A DNA stretch of 63,929 bases, counting the filler, from Welwitschia mirabilis (taxonomy: Eukaryota), in NCBI GenBank assembly GCA_051453625.1. It is 8 parts of one record of this genome, joined end to end, with 100 filler letters (N's around TTAATTAATTAA, not from the genome) between each part and the next. Parts side by side here need not be neighbours in the genome. Positions count along the whole stretch, not along the records: positions 1 to 15,505 come from JBOZIK010000001.1; 7 more parts are not named here. One strand, written 5' to 3'. The position numbers and the translations under genes were made by a program. The notes beneath the pieces are model-generated. The model did not search any database. It worked only from the letters and a program-made list of their open reading frames with translations, and was not told where the DNA came from. Below are positions 1 to 13,586 of this stretch, in pieces. How positions within the stretch are numbered: position 1 is the stretch's first letter; every line of letters starts with the position of its first letter.

Positions 1-1915
1 TCCTTAATGAAGTTACTTGGTTCTTTTTTAGTTTTTACTTCCTCCTTCTCCTACTTAACTTCTTTAAGATCTTTAATGATTTGGCCTACTGTACAATTTT
101 CTTTAAGTAAGGGGTTTAGGCCAAGTTTTACTCACCCCCACAAACTCTTTCAACGTGATCTAAGAATTTTATAGTGTAAGGTTCCTTAAATTTCCTCCAC
201 ATAAAAAATTAACAATTTACTTAGTTTGATTGTTAAGTACACTATAAAAGTAATCTACTAATTCTTCTTAAGAAAAATAATCTTTGGGATTTGAATGTAA
301 AGCAATGAAAAATATGTCATAGGTTGAGGCATAATCTTTGTTAGGCTATTAATAGAATTTAGTTACTTCTTTCTTTTATTTTATTATGGTTGTTTCATTC
401 ATAAATCTCTTAATAAAATATTCTTAAACTTGATTCCATGTTTTTAAACTTTTATGGGGAATAGTTCTCATCCATAATTTAGCTTTTCTTTTTAAAGTAA
501 TGGGAAAAATTACAATATAAGTTCAATCATTAATTCTTTTCTCACCACTTCCAAAAGTAAGTACNNNNNNNNNNNNNNNNNNNNNNNNNNNNNNNNNNNN
601 NNNNNNNNNNNNNNNNNNNNNNNNNNNNNNNNNNNNNNNNNNNNNNNNNNNNNNNNNNNNNNNNNNNNNNNNNNNNNNNNNNNNNNNNNNNNNNNNNNNN
701 NNNNNNNNNNNNNNNNNNNNNNNNNNNNNNNNNNNNNNNNNNNNNNNNNNNNNNNNNNNNNNNNNNNNNNNNNNNNNNNNNNNNNNNNNNNNNNNNNNNN
801 NNNNNNNNNNNNNNNNNNNNNNNNNNNNNNNNNNNNNNNNNNNNNNNNNNNNNNNNNNNNNNNNNNNNNNNNNNNNNNNNNNNNNNNNNNNNNNNNNNNN
901 NNNNNNNNNNNNNNNNNNNNNNNNNNNNNNNNNNNNNNNNNNNNNNNNNNNNNNNNNNNNNNNNNNNNNNNNNNNNNNNNNNNNNNNNNNNNNNNNNNNN
1001 NNNNNNNNNNNNNNNNNNNNNNNNNNNNNNNNNNNNNNNNNNNNNNNNNNNNNNNNNNNNNNNNNNNNNNNNNNNNNNNNNNNNNNNNNNNNNNNNNNNN
1101 NNNNNNNNNNNNNNNNNNNNNNNNNNNNNNNNNNNNNNNNNNNNNNNNNNNNNNNNNNNAGCTCTCTGAGGGTGACATTATCATTAGGATTTATAGGCAT
1201 AATCATATGGGTTTCAATAATTATAGGTAAATTAGGCAAAGCGATTTTTGTGATGAACTAGATATATTAATAAAACTATTTTATTCTAAATTATCTTCTA
1301 AAAAATTTTCTTTTTCAAAATCAGGTTCTAAAATAATAAATCTAAAAATTTACTTTTGTGAATTTTTAAAATACTTTGCATACATGTGATGTGAATATCT
1401 AAGTTAAATTAAAAGTCAATCAAATGTTCTCAGATGTTTTCCTTAATGAACAGTTAATCTCTTTAATATTTTTTTCCTTACCAGATTTTAGCATGTCCTA
1501 GCATGCTTAGTTTATATACCAATGCACATCATCCCTATGGATGTCTAGATGATATGTTTGGATAATAGAACACACAAAAAATGTAAAATAAAAATGCAAA
1601 AAAAATAGAAGCATAAAATAATATAAACTAGAAACTATGAAAATAGACTTTCATCTACCTTAGTCATCTGGATGATAGATAGGATGATAAGAAAATCTTA
1701 ATTTTTAAGAAAAGATGAAAAACTCAAGGACCATAGGCCATCATTATCATGCATCATCGGGATAATGAAGTGGATGATAAAGCATTTTTTAGAATGCAAA
1801 ACCAAAACTACTGAAAGTAGTGCTCTTAAAAATATAGTGCTATTATAAGCAAATATCTAAACTAAAATTCAAATACTCACCTGAGCAACAATAATCCTAA
1901 AACTCTAAGCAACCT

Positions 1916-1933
1916 TCCCTAGCAACAACACCA
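1916..1933 (-). promoter_or_regulatory. Primer-binding site (tRNA-Asp type) of element A
   Basis: Minus strand reads TGGTGTTGTTGCTAGGGA, which differs from the Athila PBS TGGCGCCGTTGCCGGGGA only by C>T/G>A changes. It lies 3 nt from the LTR edge. Confidence 0.8.
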
Positions 1934-1936
1934 ATA

Positions 1937-3181
1937 TGTTGTGGTGCATATTTGTACAAATGTTATGCTCTTAAAAAGATCTTATCATTCATAAATAAAT
2001 ATAGATTTTTCATAATACAACATACTAATATAGATGGGTGTGACCCAAATGTCATATTCTCATTAAAGGTGCAAGCAAGAAGAAAGAGAACTGATTAAAA
2101 AAATGAAACACTTATATATCTTTATAGTAAAAATGAAGAAAAATGTAGAAAATTATAATGCAAACACACTTATGCAAATGAATGCAATTCTAAACTAAGT
2201 GCAACTTCCATCCGATTATCGGATCAACCTATCACAAAGATTGGTCCTATATAACTTAGATCAATTCAAAAATGTTGTCACTAGATGAAGACCAAATAAG
2301 ACTATTAGGTACATCAAACAAAACATAAAAATATGCAAAGTTAATCTAGGAAATAAATATAATGCATCTAAACTAATAATGTTCAATATTAAGAAAGGTT
2401 GCCCTGATAATATATGTCACTAAAGAAGTTGTTATAGAATTAGAAGCTGCATAAACTATAAGGGATGTGTACAAAATAAGCATACGAAAATAGAAAAGAT
2501 TTCTTAAAATTAGATTCAAATCAACATCCATGTTATAAAGTAGTAGTGCCTAAATGGAGGATACACAGCCCAACACCGAGGAACACATTTCTCTACAACA
2601 ACAATGATGGATCTTTAGTCCTTTGATCTCCTATAATAAGAATTTCTAGTGCAAATGAAGTTAAGATGGAGTTAAGGATGAAGTTAATATTTATTAACAA
2701 AATAAAACTCACAAACAAAGAATACTAATAGCATAAACAAAAACCCTAAAAATCACATAGGAATCTAAGAGACAAATGGTCAAAGTTAGGTGAAGTTTGG
2801 TGAAGCATTATTTTAGGCATTATCCTATTAGTTGCTTGAATGATATAAGAGATAATTCCATCTTATAAGAATTCCATATCATCTGTCAACATCCTTGTTG
2901 TCCTTATTTATTCTGTAATATGTACAATCGTCTAGATGATAAGGTGGATAATAGGATTTTTACAAGCATTCATATAATGCATTAGCCTTAATGTTTACAA
3001 GAATTTTACTTTAAATAGGAAATAGTATAAAATGCTTCAAATACTATAAAATATAATGAATATTGCATGTTTTATCATTCTTAGCTTTCCATTATCATAT
3101 AAATTTGGCATAAATTTTTCTAATATCTTGTAAAACTACTCAAAATACCCTATCAAATACATATAGGTTGGCAGTGCAACA
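1937..3181 (-). repeat. 5' LTR of element A (about 1245 bp)
   Basis: Starts TGTTGTGGTGC and ends GCAGTGCAACA. It is a reverse-complement homolog of 61878-63123, and its terminus resembles those at 11758, 21684 and 28079. Confidence 0.85.
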
Positions 3182-6100
3182 GAGTTAATTAGAATAAGAG
3201 CTACACTACTAAAGGCCCTTTCTAGGAAAAATTACCTTAGTGTACTTTCTTAAACATTCCTCTAGATAAAATTAAGATTCAAATTCTTCACAATATTTCT
3301 TCTTCATTAATTCTAAGCTAAAAAATAGTGATTTATCTTTCTTATAATTATGAAAAACAATGAGCATCATAAAATTCAGTATTAATCTTTAAATTAAGAA
3401 TCATAATGATCATTTGTCACTTAACTAAAAGATAAAAGTAGATAAAACATTATTAAATAAAAAAATAACAACTTTATTTTACCTACATAAATTTTTATTT
3501 TTCTTTTTTATATAATTTTATTTATAAAATCATTTTTATTCTATAAAGATCCCTTAATTTCTCTAAAAGAGATACTTCTTTATTATATACTTTTAATCCA
3601 CGAGAATTTCTATAAACCTTTCTTAAGTATAAGAAAGATAATTTCTAGGGACCCATTTTCTAATAATTTTTATTACTAATTCTTTCCTTAATTATTCTTT
3701 TAATTTTACCATTATTATTTTTAGTTTATTCATTTGTTTAAGGATAATAGACTATAGCCATTTTGTAATCTACTTATAATATAGAAAGAAGTTTAGCAAA
3801 CACTTTTCTAGTAAATGAGTACCTCTATTAGAGATAGAAACTTAAAGGGATTCAAATTTATTAACTAACATCTTTATGAACAAATTTACTTTATATTTTA
3901 GAGGTATAGTCTTTAACTAGTTCTACCTCTATTCATTTAGTTAAATAGTTAACATGTAATATAGTATATTTCTTCCTAGAGATTTAGTCTTTATGATTAT
4001 TATAAAATAAATACTTAAAATTACAAAAGGTTTTATGCTACTAATCCAATTTTAAGGCATTTTAGAAGTTTTACCTAAGTGGCCTTCACTTTAACATTTT
4101 ATCACAATTTTTAATAAAGGAATGAAAATATTTAAAATATAAGGCAAGTGATATCTAGTTTGTACAACCTTAAATGTACTTATTTTTCTATTAAAATGTC
4201 CTTCATAATTATCTTCATGCATAGTTCTAAAAATGTCTAGCTAATTATGTTGTTCTACTTGTCTTCTTAATATCTCAGCTAGTCCTATTCTATATATGAT
4301 TCTTGATTTAATAAATAGTCACTATATTCCCTAGTTAAAGTCTTATTTTCATGATAAAATAAGTTTTTAGGTAATTCCTAAAAAGCATAAGTTAGTTATA
4401 TTACCAAATCAAATCCTTATAGAATTATTTAATAAGGCTTCATGGAAATTCTTGTCTTACTTGAAGTTGTTTTTCTTTCTAATCATTAAAATTTATATTG
4501 GAAAGATGATCAAATAGTACTTTTTTAATTTTCTATTTTCAATCACTATATAAAATGCTTACATCAATAAAAGACACCTTATTCTAGAGTTAACTTACTT
4601 TTTATTCATTATAAATCTTATGGTTGAATAATAAACATGTACCTTTGTTGAATAGCTAAGTGTATAATTTATAAATTTTTCCAAAGTGAATACCATATCC
4701 AAGATTTCTCTTTTAGTAACTATATAATTAAATTAAATTAAGTTAAAGGTTTTGTTAATATAAGATATAGCATAAGGTTTACCCTCATTATTGTCATATC
4801 CTAAAACTCTTTTCATTACATAATTTAAATCATTGACTATAATATAAAATTTTTTATTTTAATGATGGCTTCATAAATTAGGTGCTTTGTTAATAGTTCC
4901 TTAATCTATTCAAATTTATTTTGACAATTACTCCATACATACTGCCTGTCTTTTTGTAATAGCTTATTCAATAAGTTGGCCACTTATTTAAAATTAGAAG
5001 TAAAACTTTTTATAGCATTTAACATAATATAAAAAAACCACAATGTTAATCTAGTTGAAATTTTAATAGCTTTTATAATTTATATTGTATGTCGCATTCA
5101 TTTCTATTGTTCTTAATTTCTTATATCTAAATATTATTCATTTTCATAACATTAAGTAACTCTTAGACCAACTTGATTTTAATTTCTTTTCTTTACATCT
5201 TTTAAGTACATACTCTAATCTATCTAAAGATATTTCAAAGTTCTATTAACATGTTGAAAACTCATTTGTGAAGAATTCCATTATTTTTCGAACATATCTT
5301 GAAATATGTAATAACCTAGTCTTTGAATTAAATTTAGAGCATTACACAATTTGAATGGTAAGAGTTTAAATATAAAGGTTTCCTAATTATAAGTAAATAT
5401 TATTATTTCTTGATGTTCAAGAGCTATGAAAATCTAATTATAACCTCTATATTCATAAAGAAGACTATAACACTTATAATTAATAAATGACAATGGAAAA
5501 TTATCCTTTTAAGTTACTATACTTAATAATTTATAATTAATACATATCTTTCATTTTCTTTATGTCTTAAGTACCATTATAATAGAATTAATCCAATCTA
5601 ACTTTGAAATATAATAAATGAATCCTACCTTTATAATTATTTTTATTTCATTTTTATGATTTGTTTGATCTTGGAATTCATTCTTGTTTTTGGTTATTTA
5701 ATTTATTTAATAGATTGATCTAAAACTATTTATGCTTATAAATGTTTGCATTAAAATCCCCTATATCTAAGTGAATTCAAGAACATGCTTTGACATGCCC
5801 TTTTAATATATTTTTAACTCTTCTTTTTTGAGTATGGATCCAACCACCATTGATTATAAAAGGGCTACTATGTTTAATATCAAAGTATTCTCATCTTTAT
5901 TTTATAGTTAATTTTTCAATTAATTCCTACTTTATTATTTTTAAAATATCTTTATCATCATTTCTTTATGATTCTCTATTTTTAATACCTTTCAAATTTT
6001 AATGCTTATGTTATTTAAGCCATCTACTTTCCTTTTTTTAAATGTTCACTTTTTTAGAAATTATTTTAGCTTTTTCAAAAAATTTTATATCATTTGGAAA

Positions 6101-7185
6101 ATTCCTTTTCTAATATATAAGATAGAATTAGCTACAACCATCCAAGGTACTATCAATATTATGAAGTAATGATTCTATGTTTATTTTATTTTGAGATCAC
6201 TATATCTATTAGATATAGAAATCATTGTAAGCCCATTAAAATATATCTTATAATTCCTTCTACCCTTGTAGAAGATTTGCATGTTTGTATGATATTCATC
6301 TAATTTTATTTTTTCTAATTCTTCATAAGACGTATGTGATATGACATTTATTATTACCTCATAATCAGTTAAAATCATAGAATTAGTGTTATTAATTTTA
6401 ATTGTTATAATAATAGTGTTCCTAGGTTCTTACACTTAACTTTTTTGTAATTTTATAAGAAAGTAGCAGCTACCTAAGGTAACTATTCTTATCTTGCATC
6501 ACTAATTTCATCTTTTTCCTTACTTTCTGACATACATATTTAATAACTTTAAAGTAATTATAAATTTTCCTTGATAATTATAAAAAGGGTAAGGTAATAA
6601 TTAAATCCATATGTTTTTTCTAGAAACATAGATATAGATTTTATCAATCTTTTATTTTTATTATTGTCATATTCTTGATCACTTCTCCTATTATATAATT
6701 GTTTTACTACATTATTGTTCTTTAATTCATTCATACATCTTTCATATTCTTATCAAGTTTCTTAAGTCTTTATTGTTCCATAATGGATTCAAAAAAAATA
6801 TTTAACATGCCTTTTCAACATATTCTTAAGTTTCCTTATCTAAGTATGGATCAAACCACTAATGATTATCATAGGCTTATTATATTTAACATCAAAGTGT
6901 TCTAATCCTTCCTTTACAAAAGATTTTTTTAATTAATTCCTTATTTATTATTGTCAAAATATCATATTCATATTATCTTTCTAATTCTCTATCTCTAATA
7001 CATTTTGGATTTTAACCTCTATGGTATTTAAGTTATTTACTTTCCTTTTTTTAAGCTTTTATTGTTTTTAGAAACTAATATAACCTTTTTTTTAGTTGTA
7101 AATTCTAAAAATCCTATCCTAGGATATAAAGAAATATAAGCTATAGCCATCCAAGGCCTTTCCAACATCATATGGTAATATATAT

Positions 7186-7252
<67 letters not shown>

Positions 7253-7358
7253 NNNNNNNNNNNNNNNNNNNNNNNNNNNNNNNNNNNNNNNNNNNNNNNN
7301 NNNNNNNNNNNNNNNNNNNNNNNNNNNNNNNNNNNNNNNNNNNNNNNNNNNNATATAT

Positions 7359-7434
<76 letters not shown>

Positions 7435-9282
7435 CCATACACACACACATAAAGATCACTACATTCATTGGATATATAAACCCTTATAAATCCATGAAAG
7501 TATCTCTCATAATGCCTTCTATACTTATAAAAGTTTTACCTACTAGTATCATATTCATCTAATTTTAGTGTTTCTACTTATTCATAAGATTTAAATGATA
7601 TAACAGTTATGATTACTCTAATTAAGGTTATAAAATTAGTCAATGTTGCTGATTTTAATTTGTATAATAGATTTTCTTTGGTCTTTGTACTTAATATTTT
7701 CTTAATTTTTTAATAGAATACTAAATATCCAAGGTAATTGATCTCATCTTGCATCACATACCTTCATCTTTTTTCCTTATTTTCTAACACATTTATCTAA
7801 TAGCTTTAGATTAACCAAGAATTTTCCTAATAATTACATTAGAGGTAAAGTAATCAGTAATTTCATAAGTTTCTCTATAATAATAGTTAAAGATTTAGTT
7901 AATTTTTTATTTCTATTATTACTATAGTATTAATCACTCCCCATATGATAAAGGGTTTTTACTATAATATCATTCTTTAATTATTTTGTAAATATTTCAT
8001 GTTATTTATTAATTTCTTTAAAGATATTATTTTTTCAAAGTTTTTTCCTCTCTTGATGTAAAACTATTATATGATTTTTATTTTTACTTTATCTTAATAG
8101 ATTTCTGAGATCTATATTCTATTAGAGAAAACCATGAATTCTTTGAATTAGATTTAGGTTAAGCTTCTAATCCATTTTTATCATTCTTATTTTTATTTTC
8201 CTTACTGAATCTTTCAATTTCATACCTATTTCTCTAATTTTTTAATTATTTATTTCATTATTATTGCTTTTTATTTGCTATAAAGTTTTATAAAGCATAT
8301 TTATTGAATTTTTCTCAAACTTCTTTATAGATAAGGATTAGGTGTTGACTTATTTATAAATTTAAATTTTCATTTTTCTTTTTCACAAATAAATCTTACC
8401 CATTTACATCTAACCATTTTCAATAATCATTATGTCATGGACAGGTAATATCTACATGATTATCTTTATGAGAATGTTCACATAATTTAAATTCCTTATC
8501 TTTAGTAACACACTTCATTTTTTACCTGATTCATTAACACTCTTTTCAACATCTTCTATTTTATTTTTTAATTGGTTATTAGTTTTATTTTTAATTTGAT
8601 GTACATTTTTCTTGCTTTTTTGACTCTTATTATTCTATTTTATGTTTTAACCCTAACTCATTTTATATAAAGTTATGAGATAGCATTTCTTATAGTAGTA
8701 GGATTTTAACTTCTAATGTTTTCTCTACTTAATAAGCTCATCTTTTTTAAGGTTTCTTTATATAATCCTCTAAGGAATGTTTTTATTCTTTACATTATAT
8801 CTATTCCACCATTGTAATAGAATAGTATACTTATCATAAACACATAAATATTAATAATTTTTTTAAAAATACAGCTTTAATATTATTTGAACTTTTAATA
8901 AACATTTTTGAAAGTCTACGATACTAAAACTTTCATATGTTTACCAAAGAGTAAAAGTATCTAAGTCCTTCACTATCAATTTGTAAATAGTTAAATTTAC
9001 TAAAAGATTTAAATAAACTAATTTTTAAAATAGGTATTGAGCTTTTTACCCTCAAATGTTGGTAATGGAGTGATATTAATGTTTATTATTTTCTTAGTGG
9101 TGAAAAAAACTCTTTCAGCTATAGTACTAAATTTTATAGATTTGATTAGATAATTCATTTGTAATGAAACTAAAATCCCATAATTTTCTTAAGGGAATTA
9201 ATCAAAAATAATGTTAGAACACTTGGTTCTTTTTATTTTAGTTTGTGCTTCCTTCATTTTCTATATCATATTTCTCATTCTT
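3182..9282 (-). mobile_element. Very old Ty3/gypsy element C: degenerate gag, protease, RT, RNaseH and integrase; host of the later insertions
   Basis: Eroded motifs on the minus strand: LPTFEG (gag, about 9060), ILTDYEVIINV and MMLERPW (protease), ISKLDWI and IMEFFTNEFS (RT, about 5600 and 5270), and HEDNYEGHF..KVVQTRYHLP (integrase zinc finger, about 4150-4220). Domain order is gypsy-type, with many stops. Confidence 0.75.
7188..7449. repeat. (CA)n microsatellite spanning a gap
   Basis: Read directly from the sequence. Confidence 0.97.
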
Positions 9283-10419
9283 TGTTGAAAAATCTAGTTT
9301 TGATGATTCACTTGTCAAACATTTTGTATCATTGTGTAGACAATTTATTATAGGTAAATTAGACTTGAGAGGTACTAGATCATGATGGATCTTCAAAAAG
9401 GCAATACTTCATGAAAATGATTATAATCTAGACTACAAAATCAATTATTTAAAGACTTCTAATAAATTGAAGACATCTAAAATAGAGATGTCTGAAAAAT
9501 GAAGATGTTTTAAATGTATTAAACTAAAATAAGTAATAAAGTAATTTTTATTTTAACTAATATCTTATGTTTTAGGTAAGTAATAAGGTTATACATTATA
9601 GATTTCTGATTATAAAGGTCTAAGAATACTATAGTGTAAAATTCATTAGCATTTGGGCAAGTTGACTCAAGACATCTACAAAGATAAAGACATCTAAATG
9701 AAGACATCTAGCTAAGATGTCTGGAATGAAAATGTTTAGAAAATTCAAGATGTCTTGAAACAAAGTTCATATTGATTAAAAGCAAAGCTATGCACCTAAT
9801 GCATAGAAATTGGTTATCCATTACATAGCAGTTATAGAATCAAATAGCTATCTTTCAAGCTAAAATGGCTATATATTCTTTAACCCTATAAAGCATCAAC
9901 ATTCTAAAATAAAGAAGAACTTTTAGCACNNNNNNNNNNNNNNNNNNNNNNNNNNNNNNNNNNNNNNNNNNNNNNNNNNNNNNNNNNNNNNNNNNNNNNN
10001 NNNNNNNNNNNNNNNNNNNNNNNNNNNNNNNNNNNNNNNNNNNNNNNNNNNNNNNNNNNNNNNNNNNNNNNNNNNNNNNNNNNNNNNNNNNNNNNNNNNN
10101 NNNNNNNNNNNNNNNNNNNNNNNNNNNNNNNNNNNNNNNNNNNNNNNNNNNNNNNNNNNNNNNNNNNNNNNNNNNNNNNNNNNNNNNNNNNNNNNNNNNN
10201 NNNNNNNNNNNNNNNNNNNNNNNNNNNNNNNNNNNNNNNNNNNNNNNNNNNNNNNNNNNNNNNNNNNNNNNNNNNNNNNNNNNNNNNNNNNNNNNNNNNN
10301 NNNNNNNNNNNNNNNNNNNNNNNNNNNNNNNNNNNNNNNNNNNNNNNNNNNNNNNNNNNNNNNNNNNNNNNNNNNNNNNNNNNNNNNNNNNNNNNNNNNN
10401 NNNNNNTTTAAAATTATAT
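9283..10419 (+). repeat. SIRE-like 5' LTR, left part (includes a gap)
   Basis: 9283-9929 aligns with 30854-31475, e.g. aaatctagttttgatgatt and ggtactagatcatgatggatcttcaaa. Confidence 0.85.
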
Positions 10420-11758
10420 TATTTCAGTGTGTATTTATGTAATGTTTTCGTTCTAAGTAGAATCCTATTAATCATAAGTAATAATGCACAAACATAACAC
10501 ATTAATATAGATAGGAGTGACCTACATGTCATAATTCATCGAAGGCCAAAGTAGGAAATAAGAGAGTTTCTTTCCACAAAAAAATACTTGCATACTAATC
10601 TATAGAAATAACTTTAAATGTATAAAAGTAAAATATAACACACTCATGTAAANNNNNNNNNNNNNNNNNNNNNNNNNNNNNNNNNNNNNNNNNNNNNNNN
10701 NNNNNNNNNNNNNNNNNNNNNNNNNNNNNNNNNNNNNNNNNNNNNNNNNNNNAGACAAGAGTGACCCGAATGTCATAATTCATTGAAGGCCAAAGTAGGA
10801 AATAAGAGAGTTGCTTTCCACAAAAAAATACTTGCATACTAATCTATAGAAATAACTTGAAATGTATAAAAGTAAAATATAACACACTCATGTAAAGCTA
10901 ATCTGGGAAAAGAAAATAATAATACACCTAATCTAAACTAACCAAGCATAATCTTAACAAAGGTTGCTCTCATAACTTATACTACTAAATAAACTATCAC
11001 TAGATTAGAAGCAACATAAGACATAAGGATGAGAAATAATCACACATTAAAATCATAAAGGAAATGTTTTGTAATAATTGAACCACATCTGTATTACAAG
11101 TAGCCACACCTCAATGGAGATAACACTATCTAACAATAAGGAAACATCTCTCTGCAAGTATAAGAATGGATCTTAGGCTCTTTAATCTTTGTCATGGGAA
11201 TTTCAGGTGCAAATAAAGACAAGCAAGATTTAAGAATGAGATCACTATTTATTGACTCAAACACATAACAACATAGGCAGAAAGACATGACTAAGTCATA
11301 ATGGTCATGCAAGAAAAAAATAAAAACATATGTGGTAGAAGTTAGATAAATGTTTAGTATAGATGTTATAATAGTGTCATTTGGTTGGTCATTTGGATGA
11401 TAGAGGAGACAATGCCATCTTATAATTAATCCACATTAGCTGCTAGATATACTATAGTCAGCATTTAGTTAGCACTCTTTGCATAGTCGTCCATACAATC
11501 ATTTAGACAATGAGGTGGGTGATGGCCTTTGATAATTCTTCAATCATAACATTAGCTTCAATGTTTTGCAGGAAGTTATCTCAAAAATGTAAAGTATTTG
11601 GAATAGCCCAAAATGTTGTAAATCATCATGGAGATTACATGTTTTCATTCTTTTCATCTTAGCTCTCCATTATCATGGAAATCAAGCATTTACCTATTTA
11701 TTATCTACAAAACTACTCAAAATAAACTATCAAATATGCATAAGTTAGCCTTATAACA
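10420..11758 (-). repeat. 3' LTR of element B
   Basis: Homologous to 20182-21684 along its length, with a polypurine tract immediately inside it. Confidence 0.85.
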
Positions 11759-12289
11759 TAGCCCCCCACTTAGCCTTATTAGTCCTTAACAAAACTAGGT
11801 GATAAACCATGTTTATGAGTCAACTTATTAAATAATAAAATAGCTAGGATACTTAAAGTAATTATATCAAAAAGATTTCTAGAATTTAATAGAGAGCATA
11901 CTAAATTTTGAAAAATTAGAAAAACTGAACATTTCACCTACCAAAAGCTTAAGCAGTTGGTTATCTGGATCATTATTTAGATGATGGAGGGGACAAGAGC
12001 CTTAAAAAAGGTTCTTAAAATTTGGAAACCATGATAGAATTTTTGTTTTTATATATAATCAGTTAAAGTAATAAAATAATGCCCCACTAAAGTAAGTAGT
12101 AAAGAATGAAAAATTATTTAAGTAAAATGAAATAAATCCTTATCATAACATGTACAAGTTAAAATGTAGACATGAAAAATTAGATTTAAATAAGTATACC
12201 ATGCTAAAAAAATAATATATCTATGTAAATATCAAAAGATATTTTTGCAGTACAAAAATGTATAGAAGGGAAGATAGAAAATAATAATA

Positions 12290-13586
12290 TAAAACCACTT
12301 CCCTCATCTATGCATGATGAAATATCGCTTAACAGATAACTCATAAGCACTATTAAAAAAAAAGGATGCTTAGGATTTGTAGGAAAATAAACATCTGAGG
12401 ATGTAGAGATGGATCTGACTGTCTCATCACCCTAGACACATACCACCTCAGGAATGTCTACAGTCATACTTTACTAAATGAAAACAACACTGTGATGCAT
12501 GTCGACCATTTGATCCTTAGTATGTTATACTATCTTCTCAATAGATAGGATCCTCTGCTTAAATGTCTGTCTCTAATCAAAAGTCTATGTCCTATGATCA
12601 AGAACCTATGTCCTTTGATCAAGAGTCTAGATCTTCTAATTAAATGTATGGATACCTCTATCTATGAAAGCTATGATGGTCTTAGTAGTCTCATCTAAAA
12701 GAACCTAAATCTACTTAGGAGTAGCTCCAATCATAGGTCTTTGTACCTGACATCTCTCTGCCTCTCCTAGAATCTATATATCCATGTCCTATAAATAGTA
12801 AGTGGATGTCTGAATGTGTGATAAATGTTGCTCATCCATGGCCTCAGGTATCCCAAACCATCTAAAGAGCGCTTAGAGAAGGCATAGAAAACCAAGTATC
12901 TGAAGGTGTTATGCCTTGACCATGGATGTGAGTCTCTTACAAATGAATGTAGAAAGGTCCATCTACTCTCCATGTCTAAAAGCTATCAAAATCTATAAGT
13001 GTGCTTTCATGGTGTGACTATCATAAGAAAGATGAGTTAATCTTATGAATCAGCCCTCTATGTAATACTCTCTATGTAGGGGTTAGCTAAGTAACATTTA
13101 TCCCCCATCAAATAGTAGTCAAATTAGTTAGTATATCTAAAATAATGCCATAGGCTTGACACTCCTCTATCCCATCAGCTGAGTAAATGTGTGTGCTTCC
13201 TAGTCCACCAAGATCGGTAATGACTATAATATGGGATGGAAAAATGATGATCTTGTTATCTTATATGAATGACACAATCATATCCTATAGCTAACCACAA
13301 GCATCTAGTCGCCTCTCTATATGCATAATATCATAGAACTTCCTCATCTTTGATACATAACATGACTCATGTGCATCTATAATCCATTGGAGCTATAAGT
13401 TATTTAATCTCTCATCAACCTCTGGATTGATATGGCTCATGAAATTATCAAAATATTACTAGACATGAATGCTAGTAGTATATATAGTTAAGAAACATCC
13501 ATGTTGAGGTGGCAGATGTGCAAGATCTACATGCTCGATTTCTGGCTCTATTTGCATCCTTAGCCTTAACCTATCTAAATCTACAT
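12290..13586 (-). pseudogene. Degenerate 3' extra (env-like position) ORF of Athila-like element B
   Basis: Less AT-rich block between pol and the 3' LTR, homologous to 60165-61390 on the plus strand (ttagataggttaaggctaagg). The env-like label rests on position in Athila elements only. Confidence 0.5.

Larger units (their letters stand above)
1..3181 (-). mobile_element. Athila-like Ty3/gypsy element A, 5' half (5' LTR, PBS, 5' UTR, degenerate gag); runs off the left edge of the window
   Basis: LTR 1937-3181 with TGTTG..CAACA ends and an adjacent tRNA-Asp-type PBS. Bases 1-560 align by eye with the gag regions at about 18700-19200 and 49900-50400. Confidence 0.85.
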
